Part shown: positions 45,729 to 55,479 of the stretch, one piece after another
Layout of the letters: the number at the start of each line of letters is the position of its first letter
Numbering within the stretch: position 1 is the first letter of the stretch
Source: Thermoplasmatota archaeon
GTDB taxonomy: Archaea > Thermoplasmatota > E2 > JACPAO01 > JAHFTW01
Direction of reading: 5' to 3'
Assembly (NCBI GenBank): GCA_041601615.1
Contig: JBFIHX010000016.1
Span: 1-55,528 of the forward strand
DNA: 55,528 nt
Position numbers and translations under genes: made by a program
The notes under the pieces: model-generated
Database searches by the model: none
What the model was told of the DNA's origin: nothing
The model's input: only the letters and a program-made list of their open reading frames with translations

Positions 45729-47984
45729 ATGAGCGACGCCAAGCAAGAAGGCCCCAGGAAATCCGGCGAAGACGGCGGCACGCGAAAGGCCACTCGGACC
45801 GTCAAGACCATCCAGACGCCTAGGCCCGCTTCCGCGGATCAAGTGGCATCCCGCCCGGGCGCGGCCACTTCGACCAATGGAGCCGGAGGCGCGACAGGCA
45901 AGCCTGGCTCGGCCGGTTCACCAGGTGCTCCGCCATCGCAAGCGGCATCGCCACCTGCCCGCTCTAGTGCCACCACAGCGCCCTCGCGCCCGGCCATCAA
46001 ACCGGTCTCCTCTGATCCTAGCATATCGAAAAAATCGGATGGCGCAGGGCCGCCGAGTAAGGATTCGTTGCAGTTGGTCGCTGATCACGATGATCCGCGC
46101 ACCATGGAGCGGCTGGCTCGACGCGAGGAGAAAGCTCGTCGGCGCGCGGCCTTGGACGAAGCGCAGTTGCTCAAAAAGCGGGCCAAGCAATTGATGCAGG
46201 ACTCGCGCTCCAAGCAGAAGCGCGAGCAACTGATGGATCGGCACATGGATCGTGTCTCCATCCTGGCCGAGGAATTGGGATACGACCCGCAGCGTCCCAT
46301 CACGGAGATTCCACCGTTGCCGGCAAGCCATGAGGCGGTGGAGTTGATCACCGTGGAGGATGACAAGGCGTTCATTCGCGTCTCTTTCGACACCGACACG
46401 AATACGTTCCTGTACGAAGTCATCGAGCCGGAGTTGACCGAGAATGAACGCAAGATCTTCACGTTCCTGCGCGACACTCTAGTGCGCACCTTGGACGGGC
46501 GCCACGGCGAGAGCGATTGGGTGACGTACCTGCGCGATGCGGTGCGATTGGCGATTGTGGACCACGACATTCTCGTAGACCAAACAAGCACCGAGCGGAT
46601 CATCTACTACCTCGTGCGCGATTTTCTGGGGTACGGACCCATCGATGTGATGATGCGTGATCCGGGCCTCGAGGACATTTCCTGCGACGGCCCCGGCATC
46701 CCTTGCTACGTCTTCCATCGCAAGTACGAATCCATTCGCAGCAGCGTGCAATTCGATGGCGAATTGGACATGGATTCCTACGTCATCCGGCTGGCCCAGC
46801 GCAGCGGCAAACACATCAGCATTGCCGATCCGCTTCTCGACGCGACCTTGCCGGATGGAAGTCGCCTGCAAGCCACACTTAGCCGTGAGGTGACCAGCCG
46901 AGGCAGCAGCTTCACGATTCGCAAATTCCGCGAGGAGCCGTTCACGCCGCCAGACCTCGTGCGGTTTGGCACCGTCAGCAGCCAAATGGCGGCGTACTTC
47001 TGGTTCCTGATGGAGGAAGGGCGCAGTCTCATCTACGCAGGCGGGACCGCGAGTGGCAAAACCACGAGCCTCAACGCATGGTGCCAATTCATCCCACCCG
47101 AAAAGAAAATCGTCAGCATCGAAGACACCCGCGAAATCAACCTCCTGCACGAAAACTGGATCGCCGGCGTCACGCGCAGCGGCTTTGGAGGCGAAATCGT
47201 GGGCGGAAAACCAGCGGGCACCATCGACATGTACCGATTGCTGGAAGCGGCCCTGCGGCAACGCCCCGAATTCCTGATCGTGGGAGAAGTTCGCGGCAAG
47301 GAGGCGCTCACGCTGTTTCAGGCGATGGCGACGGGCCACGCCGTTTATTCGACGATGCACGCAGACTCGGTCAAGAGCGCCGTGTACCGCCTCGAAAACG
47401 AACCCATCAACGTGCCGCGCATGATGCTCCAAACGCTCGACACGGTCGCCATTCAGAGCCAAGTGCGCATCGGAGACCGCATGGAGCGACGCGTCAAGGA
47501 GGTCGTGGAAATTGTCGGCTTTGACCCCGACACGGATGACCTCTTGACCAACACCACATTCTACTGGGACAACCACCGCGATGAGCACGTCTACACGGGC
47601 CACAGCAGTGTCTTTGAGCAAATTCGCATCAAGAAAGGCTGGACACCGAAGCAATTGCAAGACGAGTGGGACCGACGCATGCACGTGCTCGACTGGCTGC
47701 GCGCCGAGGAAATCCACGACTTCCGCGAGGTCACTCGAGTGGTGCGCGAATACTACCGACGGCCCGAACGACTCATGAAACGCATCGAAGAAGGGCAGAG
47801 CCCAAGCCCCCAGGGCTGGGTACCTCATACGCTCGACGACGGCACCAAACCATTGCCCCAAGGAGTCGAACCGGAGCGCATCTCCACACACGGCTCGGTG
47901 ACCAAGGAGAGCATGCCAGACGCCCAAAAGGGTCAACGTATCCCCAATGCCGCCGCCGCAAGCGAATCGGAGGCAAAACCGTGA
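45729..47984 (+). CDS. Archaeal type IV pilus / type II secretion assembly ATPase with a long disordered N-terminus
   Basis: YEVIEP, GYGPID..MRDP.LEDISCDG, DATLPDGSR, GGTASGKTT, SIEDTRE, LRQRPE..VGEVRG, TGH..STMHA. Confidence 0.95.
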   Translation: MSDAKQEGPRKSGEDGGTRKATRTVKTIQTPRPASADQVASRPGAATSTNGAGGATGKPGSAGSPGAPPSQAASPPARSSATTAPSRPAIKPVSSDPSISKKSDGAGPPSKDSLQLVADHDDPRTMERLARREEKARRRAALDEAQLLKKRAKQLMQDSRSKQKREQLMDRHMDRVSILAEELGYDPQRPITEIPPLPASHEAVELITVEDDKAFIRVSFDTDTNTFLYEVIEPELTENERKIFTFLRDTLVRTLDGRHGESDWVTYLRDAVRLAIVDHDILVDQTSTERIIYYLVRDFLGYGPIDVMMRDPGLEDISCDGPGIPCYVFHRKYESIRSSVQFDGELDMDSYVIRLAQRSGKHISIADPLLDATLPDGSRLQATLSREVTSRGSSFTIRKFREEPFTPPDLVRFGTVSSQMAAYFWFLMEEGRSLIYAGGTASGKTTSLNAWCQFIPPEKKIVSIEDTREINLLHENWIAGVTRSGFGGEIVGGKPAGTIDMYRLLEAALRQRPEFLIVGEVRGKEALTLFQAMATGHAVYSTMHADSVKSAVYRLENEPINVPRMMLQTLDTVAIQSQVRIGDRMERRVKEVVEIVGFDPDTDDLLTNTTFYWDNHRDEHVYTGHSSVFEQIRIKKGWTPKQLQDEWDRRMHVLDWLRAEEIHDFREVTRVVREYYRRPERLMKRIEEGQSPSPQGWVPHTLDDGTKPLPQGVEPERISTHGSVTKESMPDAQKGQRIPNAAAASESEAKP

Positions 47985-48865
47985 ATCTGAACCGCTACGA
48001 GCGGCTTGCCTATCGCTGGTTTGGAGGCATGGCCCAGCAACGCGCTTCCGAAAATCCGCGCTTGCAAATCAGCCTGCCCCAGGCGCACATCGCTAAGCGC
48101 CCCGACGTGTACCTGGCGGCTACCTACCTCACGGTACTGGTGGTGTTGACCATCAGCATCTTTGTCACCATGGCGCTTGGCGTGCTCGCATTGGTGGGCG
48201 TCATCGACCTGCCGCCGGTGTTTTTCCTCTACATCGTGCCGATGCCAGGCCTCGTAGCGGCGCTCGTGTACTTCGTCATCCTCGTCCAACCGGACTTGCG
48301 GAGTGTTGGTCGCGCTCGCGACATCGATGCCAAATTGCCCTACGCCATCAACTACATCGCAACCATGAGTGCCGCCGGCGCCAATCCTGTGCGCATCTTT
48401 GAGAGCCTCAGCGAACAATCCATTTACGGCGAAGTCGCCAACGAAGCGGCCTGGATCCACCGGGACATGACTCTCCTTGGCCACGACGTGCTCACCGCGC
48501 TCAACACCGCCGTCGGCCGCAGCCCCAGCGCCCGTTTCCAGGATTTCCTGCAAGGCGCCATCACCAGTCTCACCACTGGCGGCGACCTGAAGACCTACTT
48601 CATGAACAAGGCCGAACAATTTCTGCTGGACAACCGACAAGCGCAGCAAGGCTTCCTTGAGAGCCTGGGCGTTCTTGCCGAGAGTTTCGTAGTCGTGGTG
48701 GTCGCAGCGCCGCTGTTCTTGCTCGTGATGCTATCAGTCATGGGAAGCTTCGGCGGCGACCCACGCCGCATGATGACCATCGGGTACATGCTCGTCCTGC
48801 TCATGCTTCCCCTGGCAACGTTCGGCTTCGCCGTGACTGTAAAAATCAGCACCCCGGAGGCCTGA
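47981..48865 (+). CDS. Type IV pilus membrane platform protein (TadC/T2SS-F family)
   Basis: IDAKLPYA, YGEVA.E, G.D..TAL, SPS..FQDFL, LGVLAESF. Confidence 0.9.
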   Translation: MNLNRYERLAYRWFGGMAQQRASENPRLQISLPQAHIAKRPDVYLAATYLTVLVVLTISIFVTMALGVLALVGVIDLPPVFFLYIVPMPGLVAALVYFVILVQPDLRSVGRARDIDAKLPYAINYIATMSAAGANPVRIFESLSEQSIYGEVANEAAWIHRDMTLLGHDVLTALNTAVGRSPSARFQDFLQGAITSLTTGGDLKTYFMNKAEQFLLDNRQAQQGFLESLGVLAESFVVVVVAAPLFLLVMLSVMGSFGGDPRRMMTIGYMLVLLMLPLATFGFAVTVKISTPEA

Positions 48866-48871
48866 GGGCTC

Positions 48872-50695
48872 ATGAATGTCCGCACCAAGAGCTACGAATA
48901 CAGCCTCGTCACAATCCTGATTCTGGGAGTTGCAGCTGCCGTCATTGGCGCTGGACTCGTATCATGGTCCGACGTGAGCTTCCTCTGGGGAATCGTGGCA
49001 TGGACCGTCGCACTCGTGGCAACCGCCGCCAGCCTCGGCTTGTCGTTTCCCATCCAGACGCTCCATCGAGTCGGCCGCGACACCACCGGCGGGGCCCGCT
49101 ACGAACGACTGCGGCGCTGGAACCGCGTCAAGGTCAGCTCCATCCTGCTCAATCTTCTGCTTATTCTTGCCGGAATCGTGCTCGCCACGGCCGCCCTGAG
49201 TCGCGTCGGCGTCGTGCATGTGGAATTGGACGCCATCGGCGCCCACCGAGCCCTCGCCATCTTGGTCCTCGGATTGCTTGGGACCAGCACCTTTGCCCAC
49301 TACCATGCCCTACGCATGGATCTCAAGCCCGACCGCAGTGGCGCGATGCGCATCCTCACGTTCACCACGCTGCAAGTGGCGGTCGCCGTGACCCTCCTCG
49401 GCGTCTACATCGCAAGCCGGCCCGGACCTGTCGAGCTGCTCATGACGTTCCGGCCCCACGACGCCGTCATGCTGCACCTAGCCAGCGCCATCATGGTGGG
49501 CGTCGTAACCATGATCGCTCGCGGACTGCCCACCCTGTACGTTCTTTTGAGCGACGACCACGGCGCCTACGCAGGCCGCGACTACATGAGTCGCCAAAAG
49601 AGCGTCGTCATGCCGACCGTGGTGGCATTCACCCTGATGTTCGGCTTCCTGCTCTTGATGATCGTGTTCGGAGCAGGCGCCCTCGGAGCGGTCCAGCAGG
49701 TCACGAGCAACAAGTCGATTCTTTTGCTGCTGCTTCTGATTGTCATCGCTGCCGTGGCGGGTCTTTCCATGAGCCTCGTCATCAGCCGCCAGGAAGACCG
49801 CGTGGTCCTCTACCGGCAACAGACGCCCAAGGAAAAGCGCGAACAAATCGTCCTCGTCTCCATCAGCGCCATGCTGGCCATCGGATTCGCCGTAGCCGCG
49901 TTTTCACTGAAAGGCGGCGGCAACGTGTTCAGTTTGCCGCAGCACCGTTGGCTCGACTTGGCCAGCATCTCAGTGCTCGCCGCCGTGGGCCCCTTGGGCT
50001 TCCACGCCAGCACCAAACACCGCCGCACCCGCGACATGGAACTGCGCTTCCCGGACTTCCTTCGCGATCTTGCCAGCAGCCACAAAGGAGGCTTGACCCT
50101 CGTACAAGCAGTGCACGTCGCCGCCCGTGGCGAATACGGCGCACTCAGTGCCGAGGTCAAGAAAATGGCCGACCAATTGAGCTGGAACGTGGGCTTCGAA
50201 GAAGCCTTCGAGCGATTTGGTGAACGCGTCGCAACCTCGCTCACCCAGCGCACAGTCAGCCTTGTTTTGGAAGCAGGCCGCAGCGGAGGCAACACGACCG
50301 ACATTCTGCTTGCAGCCGCACGCGACGCACGCGAAATCAAGACCCTAGAACGCGAACGACGCCTCAGCATGAGCGTCTACACCACCGTGATTTACGTGAC
50401 GTTCCTCGTGTTCCTGTTCGTGGTCGGCGTCCTATACGACCAATTTGTGCCGCAGATCCTCAATGCCGGCCAAGCCGTCGCCGAAAGCGACCTTGCCGAC
50501 GTAGGCCTCAGCCTCACCGGCGTCGACATAGACGACTACCGCACATTCTACTTCTCTGCCGGCATCGTCCAAGCCATCGGAAACGGCATGATGGCAGGAC
50601 TCATGGGAAGCGGACGCGGCGTGCTCGGCCTACGCCACGCATTCATCATGGTGCTGCTGACCTACATCTCCTTCGCGTTCATCATGGGCGTCTAG
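48872..50695 (+). CDS. TadC/T2SS-F family protein with an extended multi-TM N-terminus
   Basis: FPDFLRDL, YGAL..E, SGGN..DIL, G.G.LGLRH. About 10 TM helices precede the domain. Confidence 0.88.
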   Translation: MNVRTKSYEYSLVTILILGVAAAVIGAGLVSWSDVSFLWGIVAWTVALVATAASLGLSFPIQTLHRVGRDTTGGARYERLRRWNRVKVSSILLNLLLILAGIVLATAALSRVGVVHVELDAIGAHRALAILVLGLLGTSTFAHYHALRMDLKPDRSGAMRILTFTTLQVAVAVTLLGVYIASRPGPVELLMTFRPHDAVMLHLASAIMVGVVTMIARGLPTLYVLLSDDHGAYAGRDYMSRQKSVVMPTVVAFTLMFGFLLLMIVFGAGALGAVQQVTSNKSILLLLLLIVIAAVAGLSMSLVISRQEDRVVLYRQQTPKEKREQIVLVSISAMLAIGFAVAAFSLKGGGNVFSLPQHRWLDLASISVLAAVGPLGFHASTKHRRTRDMELRFPDFLRDLASSHKGGLTLVQAVHVAARGEYGALSAEVKKMADQLSWNVGFEEAFERFGERVATSLTQRTVSLVLEAGRSGGNTTDILLAAARDAREIKTLERERRLSMSVYTTVIYVTFLVFLFVVGVLYDQFVPQILNAGQAVAESDLADVGLSLTGVDIDDYRTFYFSAGIVQAIGNGMMAGLMGSGRGVLGLRHAFIMVLLTYISFAFIMGV

Positions 50696-51114
50696 TCCGC
50701 CGACGAGGACGAATCCAACGGTCGAAAGTCTAGGCTCGCCGAATTGATGCAGTAGCGTTGCCCCGTGGGCGCTGGCCCGTCCTCGAACAAGTGCCCCAAG
50801 TGCGCATCGCACGAGCCACACCGCACCTCGTCGCGCACCATCCCATGGCTCTCGTCGCGGCGGACCGAGACGTTGGCGTCCGGAGCGGGTTTCCAATAGC
50901 TTGGCCAACCACTGCCACTGTCGTACTTCTCATCGCTACGAAACAAGTCCGCGCCACAACAGACGCAGATGTACATGCCAGATTCGTGGTGCTTGTAGAA
51001 CGCCCCTGTGCCGCCGTACTCCGTGCCCGCTTCCTGGGTAACATGGTACTGCAACGGCGTCAGCCGGTCGCGCAATTCCTCCTTGCTCGGCTGGCTTGGT
51101 GCATCTCCCGTCAT
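50692..51114 (-). CDS. msrB: Peptide-methionine (R)-S-oxide reductase
   Basis: LTPLQYHVTQEAGTE, KYDSGSGWPS, HLGHLFEDGP, RYCINSASL. Confidence 0.96.
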   Translation of the reverse strand: MTGDAPSQPSKEELRDRLTPLQYHVTQEAGTEYGGTGAFYKHHESGMYICVCCGADLFRSDEKYDSGSGWPSYWKPAPDANVSVRRDESHGMVRDEVRCGSCDAHLGHLFEDGPAPTGQRYCINSASLDFRPLDSSSSAD

Positions 51115-51282
51115 GCTCCAAAATAGGTTCCTCGCGGTCTTGGCCCTTTTCCCACATCCCGAGTGCCAGCGCACCCAACATGAAGCGGCAACCAGCACCT
51201 GCGAACGAATCAACTTGGAAGGGAAACTGGATACAGGCGGTCCACACACGAACAACCAAGCACCCCACGCCGATTCCGACTC

Positions 51283-52008
51283 ATGCGCCTCCAAGTGCTC
51301 CTTCTTGCATGCCTGCTCGCCGCCGTCCCGCTCGCCACCAACGCCTCCGCCTCCACTGTAGCCGCTGTCGACCACTGCGGAAGCGGCTACTACGCCCAAG
51401 TGGGCAGCCTCACAACCGCCTGTGCGTTGTTCGGCGGCCCCGTGCGTCCCGTCCCCTGTGGCAGCAGCGGCACCCGCGTGGAAGTGCTCTCCGCCACCAC
51501 CACGTGCTACCCCGTCACCCCCATCATCGTCTCCACCTGCACAACCGGCATCCAAGTACAGATCGGCAGCGTCAGTACCACCTGCATCCCCGGCGCCGTC
51601 GGCGGACCCACCCTTGTACCTTGCCCCGGCGGATACTACATCGACTGGCCGCCCCTGTTCACCACCACCTGCCTGCCGATCACCACCCCCATCGTCATCA
51701 CACCCTGTCCCGGCGGCTTCCAAATCTCCTGGGGCCCCATCACCTCCACCTGCCTTCCAGGCCTCATCGGTGGCCCCAGCGTCTACCCGTGTCCCGGCGG
51801 ATTCTACATCGACTGGCCGCCCCTGTTCACCACCACATGCCTGCCCGGAACCACCGGGCCCACCATCGTATCGTGCCCCGGCGGCTACTCCATTGACTGG
51901 CCCCCCTTCTTCACCACCGGCTGCTTGCCCCCCGCCATCACCATAACCCCCTGCCCCGGCGGATACATCATCACCATCGGCACCCTCACCACCACCTGCC
52001 TGCCCTAA
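51283..52008 (+). CDS. Secreted Cys/Thr/Pro-rich tandem-repeat protein
   Basis: Signal peptide ending ASA, then eight two-Cys repeats such as PCPGGYYIDWPPLFTTTCLP. Confidence 0.8.
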   Translation: MRLQVLLLACLLAAVPLATNASASTVAAVDHCGSGYYAQVGSLTTACALFGGPVRPVPCGSSGTRVEVLSATTTCYPVTPIIVSTCTTGIQVQIGSVSTTCIPGAVGGPTLVPCPGGYYIDWPPLFTTTCLPITTPIVITPCPGGFQISWGPITSTCLPGLIGGPSVYPCPGGFYIDWPPLFTTTCLPGTTGPTIVSCPGGYSIDWPPFFTTGCLPPAITITPCPGGYIITIGTLTTTCLP

Positions 52009-52073
52009 ACGGCCCCCGCACACCAACCAAACTCCATCCGCCGCCTTTTCCCCCGCCCCGACCTAGCCCAAGT

Positions 52074-53018
52074 GTGCACACCGGCGTCCCCCTCGCCATC
52101 GAACGCCGCAACGGCCGCATCCAGGCACTCCACACGGGCCACGCGGTCCACCTGGACCCCGCCGGAGCCGCCCTGGCCGCCTGGGGTGAACCCGACACAC
52201 CCACCTACTGGCGAAGCTCCCCCAAACCCCTCCAAGCCATCCCATTCATCGAGATCATGGACACACTCGGCTTCGAGGACGCAGACCTCGCGCTCGCCTG
52301 CGCCAGCCACTCCTCCGAACCCAAACACGCCACACGCGCCGCCGCCATGCTGGCACACAGCGGCCTCGATGCCTCCGCGCTGTACTGCGGCACCCACCCG
52401 CCCATGACTCCTCAACCGGAGCCACCCGGTGGTTGGACGGCACTGCACAACAATTGCAGCGGCAAACACGCCGCCATGCTCGCTGTCTGCGCCCACAACC
52501 AATGGACCCTCGACAGCTACCAGGACCCCGAGCACCCCCTGCAAGTACGCATCCGCGCCATCGTGCAAGAAGCCACAGGCGCCAAGGAAATCCCCATAGG
52601 CGTCGACGGCTGCGGCGTCCCCACCTTCTGGCTGCCCATCCGCCAACTTGCCCGCGCCTACCAGTGGCTCGAAACCGACGCACACGGCAATCGAGCCCTC
52701 GACGCCATGGCCCAACACCCGGATCTCGTGGGCGGCACCGGCCGCTTCTGCACCAACCTCGCCGAAGCCAGCAGCGGAACCGTCGTGGGCAAAGTCGGCG
52801 CAGGGGGCGTCTACATCGCCCTGCACCGACCCACCGGAGAAGCACTCGCCGTGAAAATGACCAGCGGCAACGACCTTGCCGTTGAGACCTTCGTAGCCGC
52901 ACACGCAACCAAACACCAATGGGTCCCCGCCGGCAGTCTCAATCAGTACACCAAACGCCCCATCCGCGACTGCCGAGGCAACCCCGTTGGCGCCTGGCAG
53001 GCAGCACCTGGCCCTTGA
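52074..53018 (+). CDS. L-asparaginase II (Rhizobium etli-type family)
   Basis: RSSPKPLQA, ACASH, NNCSGKH, DGCGVP, KVGA.G. Confidence 0.9.
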   Translation: MHTGVPLAIERRNGRIQALHTGHAVHLDPAGAALAAWGEPDTPTYWRSSPKPLQAIPFIEIMDTLGFEDADLALACASHSSEPKHATRAAAMLAHSGLDASALYCGTHPPMTPQPEPPGGWTALHNNCSGKHAAMLAVCAHNQWTLDSYQDPEHPLQVRIRAIVQEATGAKEIPIGVDGCGVPTFWLPIRQLARAYQWLETDAHGNRALDAMAQHPDLVGGTGRFCTNLAEASSGTVVGKVGAGGVYIALHRPTGEALAVKMTSGNDLAVETFVAAHATKHQWVPAGSLNQYTKRPIRDCRGNPVGAWQAAPGP

Positions 53019-53772
53019 GACACACAACACAGGGTAACGAAGGGCCACGCACCACACGGTAGCGTGGGACAACGCGGGCCAACGAGGACCTGCACGTGCT
53101 TACGCTTGCCCGCTCGTCGAAAAAGTACGGGACGCAGCGACCCAATTCCGCCTGTTCACCAACGCCGGTAAACGTCCATTGGGACAATCTTGCAGCATGG
53201 ACTCCCCGCAGCCCCCTCTTCGCTCCGAGCGACTCCCTCCGCCCCGCGACGCAACCGTCCCCACGCACCGGCTCGAAGGCCCACAGCTCATCACCGCGCC
53301 CACCATCGAAAGCATGCGACGATTCCTGCGCGCAGCAGAGCAAGACGTGACCGTCAACCGCGATTCTGCCCCCCTTACCACCCAAGCCTAAGGTCGCGGC
53401 GCCGTAGTCCCAAGAGTGCCCGCGCCCTCGGCCGCCCCATCGGGCCCGCGTGCCCCGGGTGAGACCGCAACGACTGAACTCCTCGCGGACCCAGCAAGAA
53501 ACGGAGGTCGTGACGTGATCAGGCACCGGAGCCGGCCATGGGTCGGAATAAGCCGAAGCAAGAAGCAACGAATGGCCCTGGATGCCTCGACGCAGGCCCC
53601 CACGGTGTCGTCGGCGCTACGGGCGATGCGAAAAGGAACAAGGGAGCCGTGGAAAGCCAAGGATGGATGACCCCGGCCGGCGCAGACCCGGCTGCACCAA
53701 CATGAGCCAGTTTGCGCCAGGGCACAGCTTGGCGGATGCACTACTCGCCATAGCAAAGGCACAATCGTACGG

Positions 53773-54243
53773 CTATGGCACCGACACAATGCTCCGCTCT
53801 GCAACCGTTTTGAGCACCACCATGGTGTTCGTCCGTTGGATGTGGTGGGAAGACAGCGTGGTTTTTGCCAAATCATCCAAGTCCCGCCGATCCTGGCAGC
53901 GCGCCAAAACCATGCCGTCCCACTCCCCGGTGACGTCATAGACTGCAAAGACACGCGGGTCCTTGGCGATGCCCTCCTGGACCGTGCGCAAGTGTCCCTT
54001 GTCAATGCGCAACCCTACAATCACCGTAAGGCCCCATCCGACGGCCTCCGCATCCACGAGCGCCGAGATGCCCAAGAGCACGCCGGTCTCTTCCATGCGA
54101 CGCAAGCGGCGGTTGACGGTGGCTGGACTGATGTCCGTGGCCTCAGAAAGATCGCGGTTGCTCTGGGTTCCATCGGAAACTAGGGCACGAAGCAACCGGC
54201 GGTCCGTGTCGTCCACCAGCGCAACGGGTGTCTCATCACTCAT
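53773..54243 (-). CDS. Lrp/AsnC-family transcriptional regulator
   Basis: DDTDRRLL, TVNRRLRRMEETG, VYDVTGEWD, TNTMVVLK. Confidence 0.93.
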   Translation of the reverse strand: MSDETPVALVDDTDRRLLRALVSDGTQSNRDLSEATDISPATVNRRLRRMEETGVLLGISALVDAEAVGWGLTVIVGLRIDKGHLRTVQEGIAKDPRVFAVYDVTGEWDGMVLARCQDRRDLDDLAKTTLSSHHIQRTNTMVVLKTVAERSIVSVP

Positions 54244-54382
54244 GCAAAAAACGCAGCTAATCGGTGCATATGAGCATTATGTAAGCATCACACGATTCAA
54301 ACGATTCATCAAGTCCAAGTTTCCGATGCAACTGAATCTTTAAGTCCCAGAGCATGTAGGGGGGTTTGAGGGGACAAAAACC

Positions 54383-55438
54383 ATGGTCGTTTTCGCCGAA
54401 TACATCTGGATGGACGGACACAAACCCACCCAAAAGCTGCGCAGCAAAACCAAGTGCCTGACCGGCATCCAAGAAGTCACCAGCGTCGCCGAACTGCCCG
54501 CATGGGGCTTCGACGGCAGCAGCACCAACCAGGCGCCCGGAGACCGCTCCGACTGCCACCTGGAACCCGTCAGCATCTTCCCGGACCCAATCCGAGGCGC
54601 CCCGCACATCCTCGTCATGTGTGAAGTCATGATGGCCGACGGCGTCACCCCCCACCCCACCAACAGCCGCGCCAAGCTGCGTGTCGCCGCTGAGAAAACC
54701 GCCGCCGAAGAACCGTGGTTCGGCATGGAACAAGAATACACCCTCATGCAAGGTCGCACCCCCCTCGGCTGGCCCGAGAACGGCTTCCCTGCACCCCAAG
54801 GCCCCTACTACTGCGGCGTCGGAGCCGACGAAGTGTACGGCCGCGACATCGTCGAAGCCCACATGGAAGCCTGCGCCGCCGCCGGCCTCGGCATCACCGG
54901 CATCAACGCCGAAGTCATGCCCGGCCAATGGGAATTCCAAATCATGGGCAAATCCGCCCTCGCCGCCGCCGACGAAACCTGGATCGCCCGCTACCTCCTC
55001 TACCGCATCGGTGAAGACTTCGGCGTCAGCGCCACCGTCCACCCCAAACCCGTCAAGGGTGACTGGAACGGCGCCGGCATGCACACCAACTTCAGCACCA
55101 AGGCGATGCGAGAAGAAGGCGGCATGGCCGTCATCACTGCCGCTTGCGAGGCACTCGGCAAGCGCCACGACCTCCACATCGCCAACTACGGCGCCCACAA
55201 CGACCAGCGCCTGACTGGGCTGCACGAAACGCAGAGCATGGACAAGTTCAGCTACGGCATCAGCGACCGCGGCGCCAGCATCCGCATCCCCCTCCAGACC
55301 GCTCAGCAAGGCTACGGCTACCTCGAAGACCGCCGCCCCAGCGCCAACGTCGACCCCTACGTCGTAACCCGGCTGCTCCTCGAAACATGCTGCTTGGGGT
55401 TTGAGGGCGGCAAAGAGACGGTTGCAATGGTAGCCTAG
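54383..55438 (+). CDS. glnA: Glutamine synthetase, short GSII-like form
   Basis: AEYIWMDG, LRSKTK, WGFDGSSTNQA, NAEVMPGQWEFQ, GDWNGAGMHTNFST, RLTGLHET, YLEDRRP. 351 aa. Confidence 0.95.
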   Translation: MVVFAEYIWMDGHKPTQKLRSKTKCLTGIQEVTSVAELPAWGFDGSSTNQAPGDRSDCHLEPVSIFPDPIRGAPHILVMCEVMMADGVTPHPTNSRAKLRVAAEKTAAEEPWFGMEQEYTLMQGRTPLGWPENGFPAPQGPYYCGVGADEVYGRDIVEAHMEACAAAGLGITGINAEVMPGQWEFQIMGKSALAAADETWIARYLLYRIGEDFGVSATVHPKPVKGDWNGAGMHTNFSTKAMREEGGMAVITAACEALGKRHDLHIANYGAHNDQRLTGLHETQSMDKFSYGISDRGASIRIPLQTAQQGYGYLEDRRPSANVDPYVVTRLLLETCCLGFEGGKETVAMVA

Positions 55439-55454
55439 GCCTCACTTCGCCCTA

Positions 55455-55479
55455 GGTCGTCGTCCGAAGGACGGCGGCC
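55455..55479. terminator. GC-rich hairpin after glnA (possible terminator)
   Basis: GGTCGTCGTCC-GAA-GGACGGCGGCC stem-loop with G-U pairs. No clear T-tract. Confidence 0.35.

Noticed and set aside
53019-53772. Possible structural RNA (SRP or RNase P) or small ORFs in this 750-bp gap
   Set aside because: I could not find the conserved SRP helix-8 or RNase P P4 motifs, and the short ORFs have no family features. An Rfam scan would settle it.
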